Below are positions 47,404 through 59,256 of a stretch of 64,000 bases of DNA, in pieces (position 1 is the first letter of the stretch; each line of letters opens with the position of its first letter). Under the pieces are notes generated by a model. That model had not been told where the DNA came from and did not search any database. It saw only the letters and a list, made by a program, of their open reading frames with translations. Origin of the DNA: Blasia pusilla (Eukaryota); the NCBI GenBank assembly GCA_050084515.1, contig CM114271.1:42842001-42906000 (forward strand), in the 5' to 3' direction. Position numbers and translations under genes: made by a program.

Positions 47404-50283
47404 ATGGATAATTATGTGAAGCTCACTTGTGGCAGTCATCTAGCGGCCCTTCCTCAATCAGAAATCGTTCAACCGCAAGCTCGTGAGTCTTTCATAGCAG
47501 TGGATGAAATTTTTCTCTCTGTTCGATTTCTTCTCCAAATTGGAACCATCTTTGTATCCAAGGATGTTAGGGTGGACGGTACGGAAGACATAATAGTGCT
47601 TCAATTCCAGTGAAGACTAGTGCTTCAATTCCAGATGGTCCTTGAATTTTCTCCCGCCGCCAATGCGTTGGAACCCTCGAGTGTAGAAGTCCAGCATGCC
47701 CAGATCTAGAGCGCAACGGGCGGGTCAATACGTTGCAATTCCCCCCAAGAATGCAGAAACTCCATATGAGGTCGGTGCCACCACACCGCCGGGAGGCCAT
47801 CGATGTCCTCATTGTCAGGCATCCCCTTTCTGCATTGGAGCGTGTCCTGCATACATATTTTTCATTGTCCACGACTTGGGATCCACGTCACACTACACAA
47901 GGTTGGCAGTTCATGTTGGCTCCCACGCTCATCTTGTGACTGATGCAATTCAGAGACACATCAAGGAGGATGTGGCGAAGAAAGTGATCAAGCTCACAAC
48001 ACCATCACAAATTTGTGAACAATTGCTTGGAATCCCTAGACAGGGCGAGATCACGGCTGCAGAGGAGAAACAACTCCGGGAAAATCTCGCATTTCTCGCT
48101 AATCCTTAATACTTCCAGAATTTTTGCTACGTCAAATACTAGTACTGGATGGAAAGACGGCCAAAATGGATGCCATTGTCAGAATCAAGGCCAACTCTAG
48201 ATTTCCATTCATTCATAGATGGCAGTTCATGGGCCAGGGAGTCGAAGGATCCAGGGCCTATGTCTTCAAAATATCAACGACAGGTCCGTCAAGTGGCCTC
48301 GATCTTATAGATTGAATGAGGGAAGGGGAAGATCTTTACGGCAGCTGGGTAAGCTTTGATATTTGCTATAGAGTGCTGAACGGATAGTTGACAATGGGTG
48401 CTCACGCTTATGACCATGTGGAGAAGGGACTCAAAACTATATATTTATTTGAAGTAAAAGCAGAAGACGTTGGCAGTTTGAAGATGTGCTCGTTACTCTT
48501 ATTGGAGGTGGTGAAGGAAAAGAAAAGGCCACCTCCGGAAATTGATGGGTTCATGGCGGACAATGCACAACGTGGGTGGATTGCTATCAGGGAAGTATTC
48601 TAGGGTGGAGAGGTTCAACCGGAGAGGGAAAGGTCGGATGCTTTCCATTGGCAATAGTGTGTGACCCGGTACACCAAATCTTGCATCAAGGAGAATGAGA
48701 GGACAAAGCATGTCACTGTACTCCAACGCTGCAAGGATAGCAAAACCTTGAAATAGGCCAAGGAATGCCAAGAAGAACTTGATGGGTGGTGGAGGAAGCA
48801 TGCGATTGAGGGGAAGTACAAAGAGTTATGCTCTTGGCTGAGTTGGTGGACTATACGTATGAGACAATGGGGAAACTTCATACGGCAGGTGAGTTCACTA
48901 TTTTGTCTTGTCAAGCTCACGTTGAGAATTGCTTGAAAAGTTGCAGCTCAAGTTCAGAAGTGTGGGCACTATAGGGATTTCAAACCAAAGAAACCAAGCA
49001 ACTTGACGGATGCGACAGGTTGCCCGAGTGTGCAACCTATCAGAAACAGACAGGTTGGCCGAGTGTGCAACCAGTCGAAAACCGACAGGTTGCATCAATA
49101 ATTTTGGTGCAACCCGCATACAAGTATGCAAGTTGCATGTATACAAGGCCTGAAAATAGTTCGACCCGGATGGGTTTCGGATGACTTGCACTTGGATCTT
49201 CCAGCCCGGAGTGGCCAAAGGTTCTTGCAACCTGTCGGAATCAAACGGGTTGCAGTAGGTGCTTCCTGGGTGTTGCAACAGATTGGGACCCGATGGGTCG
49301 CAGAGTCGTTCATGGGATGCCTCGGCCTTGCAGCCCGTTTGGTTCCGACAGGTAGCTGATTTCTTTGACTTTTGAGTTATTTTCATTCCCTTCTCACACT
49401 GCCGTCGTTGCAGGGATGGAACATTTATGAAAATGCCCTCTGCCCCAACACAAGTGGAGCAAAAAGTGTTCATTCCTCCTGGAGGTCGTCACAACCATGC
49501 CAAAGAATTTCACTTGTGGAGGCATGCCGACAAGACCAGGCAAGAGCAATGCTACAGTCTGCAGCATCCCATATCTTCCTCACAAAAGGCATAACAAAAG
49601 GAAGGGGGCCTTCGATCTACGAGCTCTATGTCAGGGCGGCTATGAGATCGAGTGATGAAAAACTCTATGTGGAAGCCTTCAACCAGTGCATAGCAAGAAC
49701 TCCCCTCGAGCAAGACGTACACATTGGTGGGGATATTCGTGGGCGCGTTTCAAGACGTCCCATACAGATGGTGGTAGAGCAGTCCGAGCGAGACTCGTGG
49801 AGACCAGATAAGTATCTTGACTTCAGGAAAGTGAAGAGGCATCATCGAGGAACGAATCCGGTGATTGATTTGGATGAGGAAATCACGCTGCCCAAGTATT
49901 CGGGGACCCCGGACTGCTCCCAAATCCATGATGGAGTAACTTCTCCAAAATCAGTGAATGTTTTATTTCAAAAGCCAAAAATGGAGATCATCGCCACCAA
50001 AGATGTACACAGTGGCAATGGAATAGGAAGGATGTATTTGGTGAGGAACAACACTATAAATTCAAGTATCATAGGGATGTATGTGGTGCACATCTGTTGC
50101 TTTCCCACATGTTCATGTGATGACTTTGTCCAAAGAGAGACAAGTGGCAAAAGGTATTTCCCTTGTAAGGCCATGTACTATGTGTTGCTTGTAGTTTTAA
50201 GAGAGTCGGAAGTAGGAGTAGGAATCCACCAACCAATTCTGTCCCTCAAAGAAGTGCGAAGTACTTTAAACAAACCACTTTGA
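47404..50283 (+). pseudogene. Mutator-like (MULE) transposase with N-terminal GCM/WRKY-type zinc finger and C-terminal SWIM, copy A
   Basis: RRQCVGTLECRSPAC...HRCPHCQASPFCIGAC...RLAVHVGSHAH (GCM-like); VSFDICYRV, EVKAED, FMADNAQRGWIAIREVF, SDAFHW (MULE core); intron 48889-49413; PNTSGAKSVH; SWIM YVVHICCFPTCSCDDF...PCKAM. Has stops and a 633-bp in-frame deletion relative to copy B. Confidence 0.85.
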
Positions 50284-51012
50284 GGATGCAAAATAAAGTT
50301 TTAGATTGTACTTTCATTTGTCCAGAACCTTCACTTTGAGCTTGAACTCCATTCAACCCAGGGCAAATGATAGATTTTTTCCAGACCTTGGATGGAAAAA
50401 GTGATTGGTTCCACACTTATGATTCCACTGATTTTTCAGTTTTTTAAATTTGGTGCAATTTGCAACTCGTCGAACTCGGATGGGTTGCCAAAATATGGAA
50501 TAGGAAAAAAAAAACTGTGGGAGTGCTTAAGAACTGAGCAAAAAAGTGCAAAAAAAATCACACAAAAAGTTTCCTCTCTTCAAATCACATGAAACTCTCT
50601 TCAAAAAAAAGTATCTCTTTGGGTTGAAGGTAGTTTCCTCTCTCCTCTCTCCTTTCTTCCTCTCTTCCTCTCCTCTTACCGCACCTCACGTGTCGAAATC
50701 CGACAGGTTGCTTGGAAGTGGTTAAGAAGAGGCAGTGGTCAAAAAGTGAAAAGTTGCAACCCGTGAGAATCCGATGGGTTGCAAAATAAACTCTTGGAGT
50801 ACATAGATGATCACAATCGACAAGACCAAAAAAGATATTCAGCAAACTTTTACAAACACCATAATCGTTCAAAAAAATCTTGTGCTTTATAACATCCGAA
50901 GGAAGCTCGGAACTGTACATTTGATCTATTCTATGAATTCTTGTGCCTCATCATCAAATAAATCCCTACTCCAAAACGTTGTAGTCAAGTTGGGTCCTTG
51001 AGTTCTTTAAAT

Positions 51013-51402
51013 TCACTTGTCATCGTCCGAGAGCTTTTCCATAATTACTCTCGTTCTTGCCCTCCCGATTTTCGGAATCATGGGAAGTGACAATGGTATC
51101 ACTACCAATGGTGGGTATGGAACCAGAGCTCTTGGCTTTGGAGGAGAGTTGAACGCCCCAACTAGCCTGTCATAATCTGCCTTTGCCTCTTTGAAAAGGT
51201 CAAACAGGTCCTGCCTTCCCTCAAGGCAGAGAATGTTCCTGCCACTTTGCCAAACGCCTCTAATACTCGCCCCTGAAAGGCCCACTAAGTCGAACACTAA
51301 GTCACCCGGCCTTGAGCAGAGCTCGATGAGCGTTTGCATCAAGGCTGGCGACTTTTCCCTTCCTCCAAGTAAGGGGGTACCGTCTTGAATGTAAATTCCC
51401 AA
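51013..51402 (-). other. DNA amino-methyltransferase (N6_N4_Mtase-like) SAM-binding segment
   Basis: EKSPALMQTLIELCSRPGDLVFDLVGLSGASIRGVWQSGRNILCLE aligns by eye to the beta-class consensus QKPxxLxxxLIxxxSxPGDxVLDPFxGSGTTxxAAxxxGRxxIGxE (motifs X, I and II). Confidence 0.7.
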
Positions 51403-53399
51403 GGGGGGGGATTTTATAAACTATCTAAGTTGTACCCATCGGAGCATGGATCCACTAGATCCAGGATCTTAAACACTTGGAAGTTGTGCTCAGGCCGAAC
51501 AAAGCACTAAACATAGGAGTGGTCTATCTGTAAAGAAGTAGGTTGGAAGCAATGTCAGCAACAAGAAAGAGCTACTTCACCGCTGGTCTACTCTCAGTAT
51601 GGTGACACAATCTGCAACACGTCCCCAAAGAACTTCGCTTAACCCTATAGAACTTTATTATAGTCCTAACATTAGAGAAACCTGTCAGAGTCCGACGGGT
51701 TGTTTTATAAGTGTTAGTGATTTTTTTTGCCATGAGCAACCCGTCGCAAGCCGACAATTTGCTGGCTTAGAGCAACCCATTGTTGGCTAAGAGCAACCCA
51801 TCGCTTTCAGACGGGTTGCATCATTCCAGAAACACAAGGAAAAGCATAAGCATTTGCACCCGTCTGATTCCGACGAGTTGCAAGTGCTTACGCTTTTCCC
51901 GAGTCTGAGGTCGGCTTGTTGGGGTCTCTATTACCTCGGACTCTGTTGGAGTTTTCTTGGCGGAGGACCTGATCCGGCCCTCTCTCCCCGCTCGCCCGGA
52001 CAATTCCGCCTCTCGCCTTGAATTCTCAACCTCTTTTTTGGAAGACTCCGCCTCGAAATTCTTCGATCCCCTCGCCTTTTCTTTCGGACCCGCTGTAGAT
52101 TTGTCCTTGGCGATGACGACCTTGGACACCAACTCCCTTGTCTCGAGGGCTTGCTCCTCCGCATCTCCTTCGAAAAAGTCTTCAGGCTGCACAAAATTTG
52201 GGATGTCGTCCCTACCTGCGGCCACTGCATCATACACTCGTCAAAAATTATTGTCGGTGATGTCCTCGAGGTCGTTGAACTCCAGCCAGATCGGGAAATT
52301 CTCCACCTCCTAGTCAGACATGCTTTGAGCCATCTCCATCAGGCGGAGAAGCCCACAATTTGCAGGCTGCCGGTATTTTTTGTCAGATACCTGCATTCTT
52401 ACAATGGATGAGGTACCTAAACACCATCCATTGGGGAGCTCTTTGTCGAGATGCATCGGCCGCTTGCTCCTAAAGATGTTGCTTCTTCTTTGCAAAATCC
52501 CTTTTTTTCGCCTCTATTTCTTCATCTTGGTCTGCCCGAGGGAGGATGTGATCCTTGAACATCGTCTTGAAGCCTGGGTTTTTCATGGGCTTGCCTCGAA
52601 TGTCATCAAGCCAAAGTTCAAAATCTTCAGCACTCTCCAAGTTTGCTTCCACCGGAACAAGCTTTATTTTTTTCAGCTTCGCTTGGAGACCCACGAGCAT
52701 GGACTTCCCGAGAAGCCACAACGCGTCCCAGAATGACCATTCACGGAGCCAATGGGAGATCACTGGATCAGAGGATGTTGTGCCACCCTCTTTTGGGCCT
52801 CTATGCCCTCGAGACTGATTTTCATCAGACGAATTCTCCTAAATTCTGAAATTCCAGACAAGGCAAATCTATGGACGTGGTCGAGAGACACTTTCTCCCC
52901 AATCCAACCCTACGGACCTTCATCCCTCTTCCGCTGGCGCTTGATTATCGCCTTCAGATCCTTGTAGAAATCGGCGCCAAGTTCAGGATTGAGAATGGCA
53001 ATGTAGCGCTGCATCTTGCTTGCAGTGTATTTCATAGCTGCAGATACTGCAGCTTGGATGAACTTAGCACGCTCAGACGCAGACACGTTCTCCCTCCGCT
53101 CCAGCTCCAATGAAGCGCTCTTCTTGGTGGCCTGTATCTTTGACCAGCAAAGGATTATCACGGTTGCATCTTGGGAAATAAATGTATTTTCCCAAGTCTT
53201 TTTTTTTATTTGAGCCCCCTTCACCAGCATCTCATTTACAAGAGCGTCGCCCAAGAACCCCTTGCACTTTGCCTGGTGCGTGGTCAGCACATTCTTCATC
53301 CGGTCGCAATCTTGGATCCAGTGGTGGGTGACGTTTCCCTCGGATACAATCCTGCACATCCAAACACACTATAAGAAATTTTTGCAAGCTACAGGGGTT

Positions 53400-53850
53400 C
53401 CTGCAACCCATTGGACTTCGACAGGGCGCTACACCTCATGGTCAAAATGGTAGCTAAGAGCTAAATATTGCAACCCATTGGAGTCCGACGGATTGCATTC
53501 AGATTTGTGATTGCCTTGTTACAACCCGTCGGACTCCGACGGGTTGTCAGATGATTTGTATTGTGAGAGTGGTTTCGGCGGAAAAAGTGAACATATCAAC
53601 CCGTCGGAGTCCGACAGGTTGTGCAATTTCAAGTAAAGCTGCAATTTGATGCCAAAAATCAAGCTCCCCTACTCCGATCACCTACCCGTGACGGCGAATG
53701 CAACCCGCCGGAGTCCCACGAGTTGCTTTCGGCCAAAAACATCCTAAAAACAGCGGCTAGTCAAGCAAGTCGTCGGACTCCGACGAGTTGCTTTAAGGCA
53801 TACGATGTTTTGTTACCACTAGTTAAACAACTCGTCGGAGTCCGATGGTT
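53400..53850. repeat. Intronic palindrome array, copy B
   Basis: Perfect copy CAACCCGTCGGACTCCGACGGGTTG at 53522-53546; others at about 53404, 53471, 53597, 53701, 53764 and 53828. Confidence 0.9.
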
Positions 53851-55669
53851 TGCAGAAATTAAAATAAAGGAAGAGGAAACTTACGTGTTCATGGCATGCA
53901 TGGCCATTTCCACCGTCGCCATGTGATGAGGGTATGGATTTAGCACGACTTCCTTCACGCAAAAATGCGCCTCCAATGAATTTGGGCGCTCCCCTACAAA
54001 CTGGGTCCACGCCATGAACTTGTGGTTTCCATCCCACATGAAGAAATAGAGGTTACGCATCTTGCTGAATTTTGTCCCCTCAATCACTCTTCTGAATTCT
54101 TGATCTCTCATCCTCCAGAATGTGTCGAGCGCTTCCAAGTCCTCCTCTGTCACGAGCGCTTGGGTTCTATCTTGATTGTAAGGCTGAACATAGAACGGAG
54201 GGAAGCTGTCGACGTAGGATGGTGTCGCTGCCAACTGTTTCAGCTTCGCAATATCCTTGTCAGACTAAATTTCACAGATGTACTCCATTGTCCGTAATCG
54301 GAAAAGTGGAATTCTCCGGGCATTCTGGCCCTCCATCAATGCCATCTGCTTTACAATCTGTCATAAAAGGGACAAAGTCAATAAACTACACTGAATTGCC
54401 AATGAATTGCAACATGGGCCTTCACATAACTCAAAGATCAAAGATTGTTTCTTACCCACTCAAAGATTGGGTTGGTGTCTTAGCCCACCAATTTCTCTAG
54501 GACAACAGTTGGCAAGTCCACTGGAAACTCGTCGATCCGATATTGGTCGATTTCTTCTGCCGGGCTCAGAGACGAGAAAGACTGCTCTCCTCCTTCTTCA
54601 GAGATGTCCACCATCTCCACGCTGGCGGTCCTCATGACCTCATCGTCCGTCAGTTGAACTTTGGCCGTTTCCTCAGTCGATTTTATACTGATTGTGTCCC
54701 CGAACTTCATCGGGGAAATTTTGTGCATCTCCACACTTTCGGTTGGACGGGCCGTGCTTTCTTCTATGGCAATCTCTTTTTCCCTTCGAGCTTTTTCCAA
54801 TTCTGCTCTCCTCACCGACACGTCCATACGCTTCTTTTCACGCTTTTCCTTGGCAATCCTTTTCTTCAAGGCCTACGACGCCTCAGCCTCTACGTTCTAT
54901 TTTTCGAGCGCCTCCAAAACACGTTTTGCAAGAAGCTCCCGCTCCTCGATCTCTTGCAGCCTTATCTCATTGGTCGAACGAGGCCCTGGAGATGGTGACG
55001 CAGGAGGCCTCATGGACTTGGGAGTGAAGCTCCCAACCTTGCTTGCTTGAAATTTTTTTCCTCATCATTGTTCCCGAAAATGCCTCCTCCTCGACAACGA
55101 AGTTACTTTCTGTGCACGATGAGTCGCCTTGCTGATGTCACGATCAGTCGCTCGAATCGTCTTGCGATGAGTCACCGTGTAAAGCGCCCCTTGGTATCTG
55201 GTCAGCTGAAGCGCGGAAGATCAATCAAGATCGCGAAACGAAAAACCGGAAATGAGCAAACCCTCGCATGTTTATACTTTTTGAGCCGTTGGGTTGACTG
55301 TTGGGTCGCACCTTTATTCCGACGGCGACGTGTTGACCGTTATGGAAGTTTGGATGTGAAAACCACCAACCCGACGGCTCCGATGGGTTGCACGCTTCCC
55401 ACGGGTTGCAGGCGTCCGTCCTCCTTGGGTTAAAAAGCTGAGCTATCCTGGCAACCCGTCAGAGACCGACAGGTTGGGCGCCTCCTCCGTCTTCGGGCAA
55501 GAACGCGAGGTACCCGCGCAACTTGTTGGAGGCCGACGGGTTGCACGCTTCCCTCATCTTGGGGTAATAGGCGAGGTACCTGGGCAACCCGTCGGTTATC
55601 GACATGTTGCACGCTTTTCTATCCCTTGGGTAACAATGCGATAACGCATAGTTCCGAGGCAATCCCTTG

Positions 55670-58600
55670 CAATCTGGATGTCGTCAACCTCAGTGGATTT
55701 GGCCGACACCAACCTAGACCTCTGTCCGCCTACTCGTTCCTCTTGCGAGTATCAGGCAATATTTTGCTATCGTCTCTGGCCTTGAAAATGTTCAAGCACA
55801 TTCTTCTCGACGAGCTGGCGCCCACGTACGATGGTAATTGCATTTTTGAGTTGCCTCTACTTGCTGCTCCTACTCAAAAGAAAGATGGAGGACGCTTGAA
55901 GGGTATGGACAGAAAGTCTGATTTGTCATCGATGGTGTAGGCTTCAACAAACTAGTGCTTCAATTCCAGATGGTCCTTGGATTATCTCCCATCGCCAATG
56001 CGTTGGAGCCCTAGAGTGTAGAAGTCCAGCATGCCCGTATCTAGAGCACAACGAGCGGGTCAATACATCGCAATTTCCCCCCCAAGAATGTAGAAACTCC
56101 ATATGAGGTCGGTGCCACCATACCGCCGGGAGGCCATCGATGTCCTCATTTTCAGGCATCCCCTTTCTACGTTGGAGCGTGTCCTGCATACATATTTTTC
56201 ATTGTCCACGACTTGGGTTCCACGTCAGAGTACACAAGGTTGGCAGTTCATGTTGGCTCCCACACTCATCCTGTGACCGATGCAATTCAAAGACACATCA
56301 AGGAGGATGTGGCAAAGAAAATGGACGAGGTCTTTAGAAACTCTCCAGGTTCAAAGCCCGGAATGATCAAGTTAACAACAACATCACAAATTTGTGAACA
56401 ACTACTTGGAATCACGGCTGCTGAGGAGAAACAACTCTGGGAAAATCTCGCATTTCTCGCTAATCTTGAATGCTTTCGGAATTTGTTGCGTCAAATACGG
56501 GTATTGGAAGGAAAGGCGACTGAAATGGATGGCATTGCCAGAATCAAGGCCAACTCCATATTTCCATTCATTCAGAGATGGCAGTTCATGGGCTAGGGAG
56601 GCGAAGGATCCAGGGCCTATGTCTTCAAAATATCAACGACATGTCCGTCGAGTGGCCTCGATCTTATAGATCGAATGAGGGAAGGGGAAGATCTTTACGA
56701 CAACTGGGTAAGCTTTGATATTTGCTACAGAGTGCTGAATGGATAGTTGACAATGGGTGCTCACGTTTATGACCATGTGGAGAAGGGACTCAAAACTATA
56801 TTTTTTTGTGAAGTAAAATTAGAAGACGTTGGCAGTTTGAAGATGTGTTGTTACTCTTATTGGAGGTGGTGAAGGAAAAAAAAAGGCCACCTCCGAAAAT
56901 TTATGGGTTCATGGCGGACAATGCACAACCTGGGTGGATTGCTATCAGGGAAGTGTTATGGGGTAGAGAGGTTCAAAGGGAGAGGGAAAGGTCGGATGCT
57001 CTCCATTGGCAACAGTGTGTGACCCGGTACACTAAATCTTGCATCAAGGAGAATAAGAGGATAGAGCATGTCACTCTACTCCAACGCTCCAAGGACAGCA
57101 AAACCTTGAAATAGGCCATGGAATGCCAAGAAGAACCTCATGGGTAGTGGAGGAAACATGCGATTGAGGGGAAGTACAAAGAGTTATGCTCTTGGCTGAG
57201 TTGGTGGATTGTACGAATGAGACAATGGGGAAACTTCATGCCGCAGGTGAGTTCACTAATTTGTCTCATCGAGCTCACGCTGAAATTTTTTTGAAAAGTT
57301 GCACTTAAAGTTGAGAATCGTGGGCACTATAGGGATTTCAAACGGAAAAAACCAACCAACTTGTCGGATGCGACAGGTTGCCTGAGTGTTCAACCCGTCG
57401 CTAACCGACCAGTTGCCTAAGTGTACAACTAGTCGGAAACCACGGGTTGCAAGTCGCATGGCCAAATTTACTTGCAACCCGTCTGAATCCGACGGGTTGA
57501 CGGGTTTCCTGAATGTGCAACCGGTCGGAAAAGGACGGGTTGCAAGTCGCATGGCCAAATTTATTTGCAACCCGTCAAAATCAGACGGGTTGCACTAGGT
57601 GGTTCCTAGGTGTTGCAACACCTCAGGAACCGACAGGTCGCAGAGTCGTTCATGGGATGCCTTGGCCTTGCAACCCGTCTGGTTCCGACAGGTAGCTTAT
57701 TTCTTTGACTTCTGAGCTATTTTTGTTCCCTTCTCAGATAAGGGTCGTTGCAGGGATTGAACATTCATGAAAATGCCCTCTGCCCCAACACAAGTGGAGC
57801 AGAAATTGTTCATTTCTCCTAGAGGTGGTCACAAGCATGCCAAAGAATTTCACTTGTGGAGGCATGCCAACAAGACCAGGCAAGAGCAATGCTACAGTCT
57901 GCAGCATCCCATATCTTTCTCACAAAAGGCATAACAAAAGGAAGGAGGCATTCAATCTACGAGCTCTATGTCAGGGCGGATGTGAGATCTGGTGATGAAA
58001 AACTCTATGTGGAAGCCTTCAACCAGTGCATAGCAAGAACTCCCCTCGAGCAAGACGTACATATTGGTGGGGATATTCGTGGGCGCGTTTCAAGACGTCC
58101 CATACAGATGGTGGTAGAGCAGTCCGAGCGAGACTCGTGGAGACCAGATAAGTATCTTGACTTCAGGAAAATGAAGAGGCAGCATCGAGGAACGAACATG
58201 GTGATTGATTTGGATGAGGAAATCACGCCGCCCAAGTATTCGGGGACCCCGGATTGCTCCCAAATCCGTGATGGAGTAACTTCTCCAAAATTTATGAATG
58301 TTTTATTTCAAAATCCCTCAGTTGCTGGAAGTTCGCAACATCCAGTCGCTGGGATGGTTCAACAATATGGGATTCCGGTCATGGAGGTGGATTGCAACCT
58401 GAAACGGTGGCATATATCTCGTAGCAACCCTGGACGTGGACCCACTTGCAGGGCAGGATCTGATGGCATTAGGAGAGCATGCGGCACTTTCCTAAATAAG
58501 AACTGTACAAGGACTGGACGACCACTGCTTGGGTTTTGGGGACTCAAAACCTTTGATTGTTTCACGAGGACCGGAGATCAATTGAAGTACTTCTTCTGCC

Positions 58601-59256
58601 CAAATGAATCTTTCGCTTTACGGAAGTCTTATTCGGTTGCCATTGGAGCTCCGGGGAATACCCCCGTGATTTTGCCCATCGCCGTAGGTACGAATTGCAC
58701 TCAAGATGAAGTGGACAATCTTACAAGTGTCGGTTTTAGACTCATAGAGAGAGGAAGTTTAGAGCATATTTGCATTACAGAGACCTTCGCATTTTGTATT
58801 CAACCCAAGATTGATGTCAACATGTACCTGGAGAAGATGGATGATCTCAATCCACTATTTCTGTTTGAGTCTAGAAATGGGGTGAAGAGAAAAAGAATGT
58901 GTAGGCCAACGGTGGAGAGAGCAAAGCGAATTGCATCAGCTCTAGAGGAAAAAATGGAGATCATTGCCATCAAAGATGTCCACAATGGCAATGGAATAGG
59001 AAGGATGTATTTGGTCAAGAACAACACTGTAAATTCAAGTGTCATAGGGGTGTATGTGGTGCACATCTGTTGCTTTCCCACATCTTCATGTGATGGCTTT
59101 GTCCAAAGAGAGACAAGTGGCAAAAGGTATTTCCCTTGTAAGCACATATACTATGGGTTGCTTGTAGTTTTAAGAGAGTCGGAGGTAGGAGTAGGAATCC
59201 ACCAACCAATTTTGTCCCTCAAAGAAGTGCGAAGCATTCTAAACAAACCACGTTGA
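55670..59256 (+). pseudogene. Mutator-like (MULE) transposase with GCM-type zinc finger and SWIM, copy B (5' end deleted)
   Basis: PTYDGNCIFELP...GMDRK; HRQCVGALECRSPAC...RLAVHVGSHTHP; VSFDICYRV; FMADNAQPGWIAIREVLW...SDALHWQQC; intron 57247-57753 (GTGAGT...TTGCAG) full of palindromes; PNTSGAEIVH (candidate catalytic E); 466-aa ORF 57856-59256 ending in SWIM (PTSSCDGF...PCKHIYY). Confidence 0.85.

Larger units (their letters stand above)
42606..50687. mobile_element. Mutator-like two-gene element, copy A (left-truncated): ParB-like gene (-) and GCM/MULE/SWIM transposase (+)
   Basis: Collinear with about 52196-59671 (copy B). Homology starts at AATT.GGGATGTCGTCCCTACC (42606 vs 52196) and ends at TCCTCTTACCGCACCTC (50687 vs 59671). 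Confidence 0.85.
51013..55066 (-). pseudogene. Spliced gene: coiled coil, ParB/Srx-like domain, helical region and beta-class N4C/N6A DNA methyltransferase-like C-terminus; copy B
   Basis: Coiled coil (54480-54869); intron GTAAG..GACAG about 54445-54358; exon RRIPLFRLRTMEY...DIAKLKQLAATPSYVDSFPPFY...FFMWDGNHKFMAW (about 54357-53885); palindrome-rich intron about 53884-53353; long exon about 53352-51891; palindrome-rich intron from about 51890; then IDHSYV*CFVRP...GGREKSPALMQTLIELCSRPGDLVFDLVGLSGASIRGVWQSGRNILCLE (51013-51527). The start position is approximate and stops are present. Confidence 0.7.
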
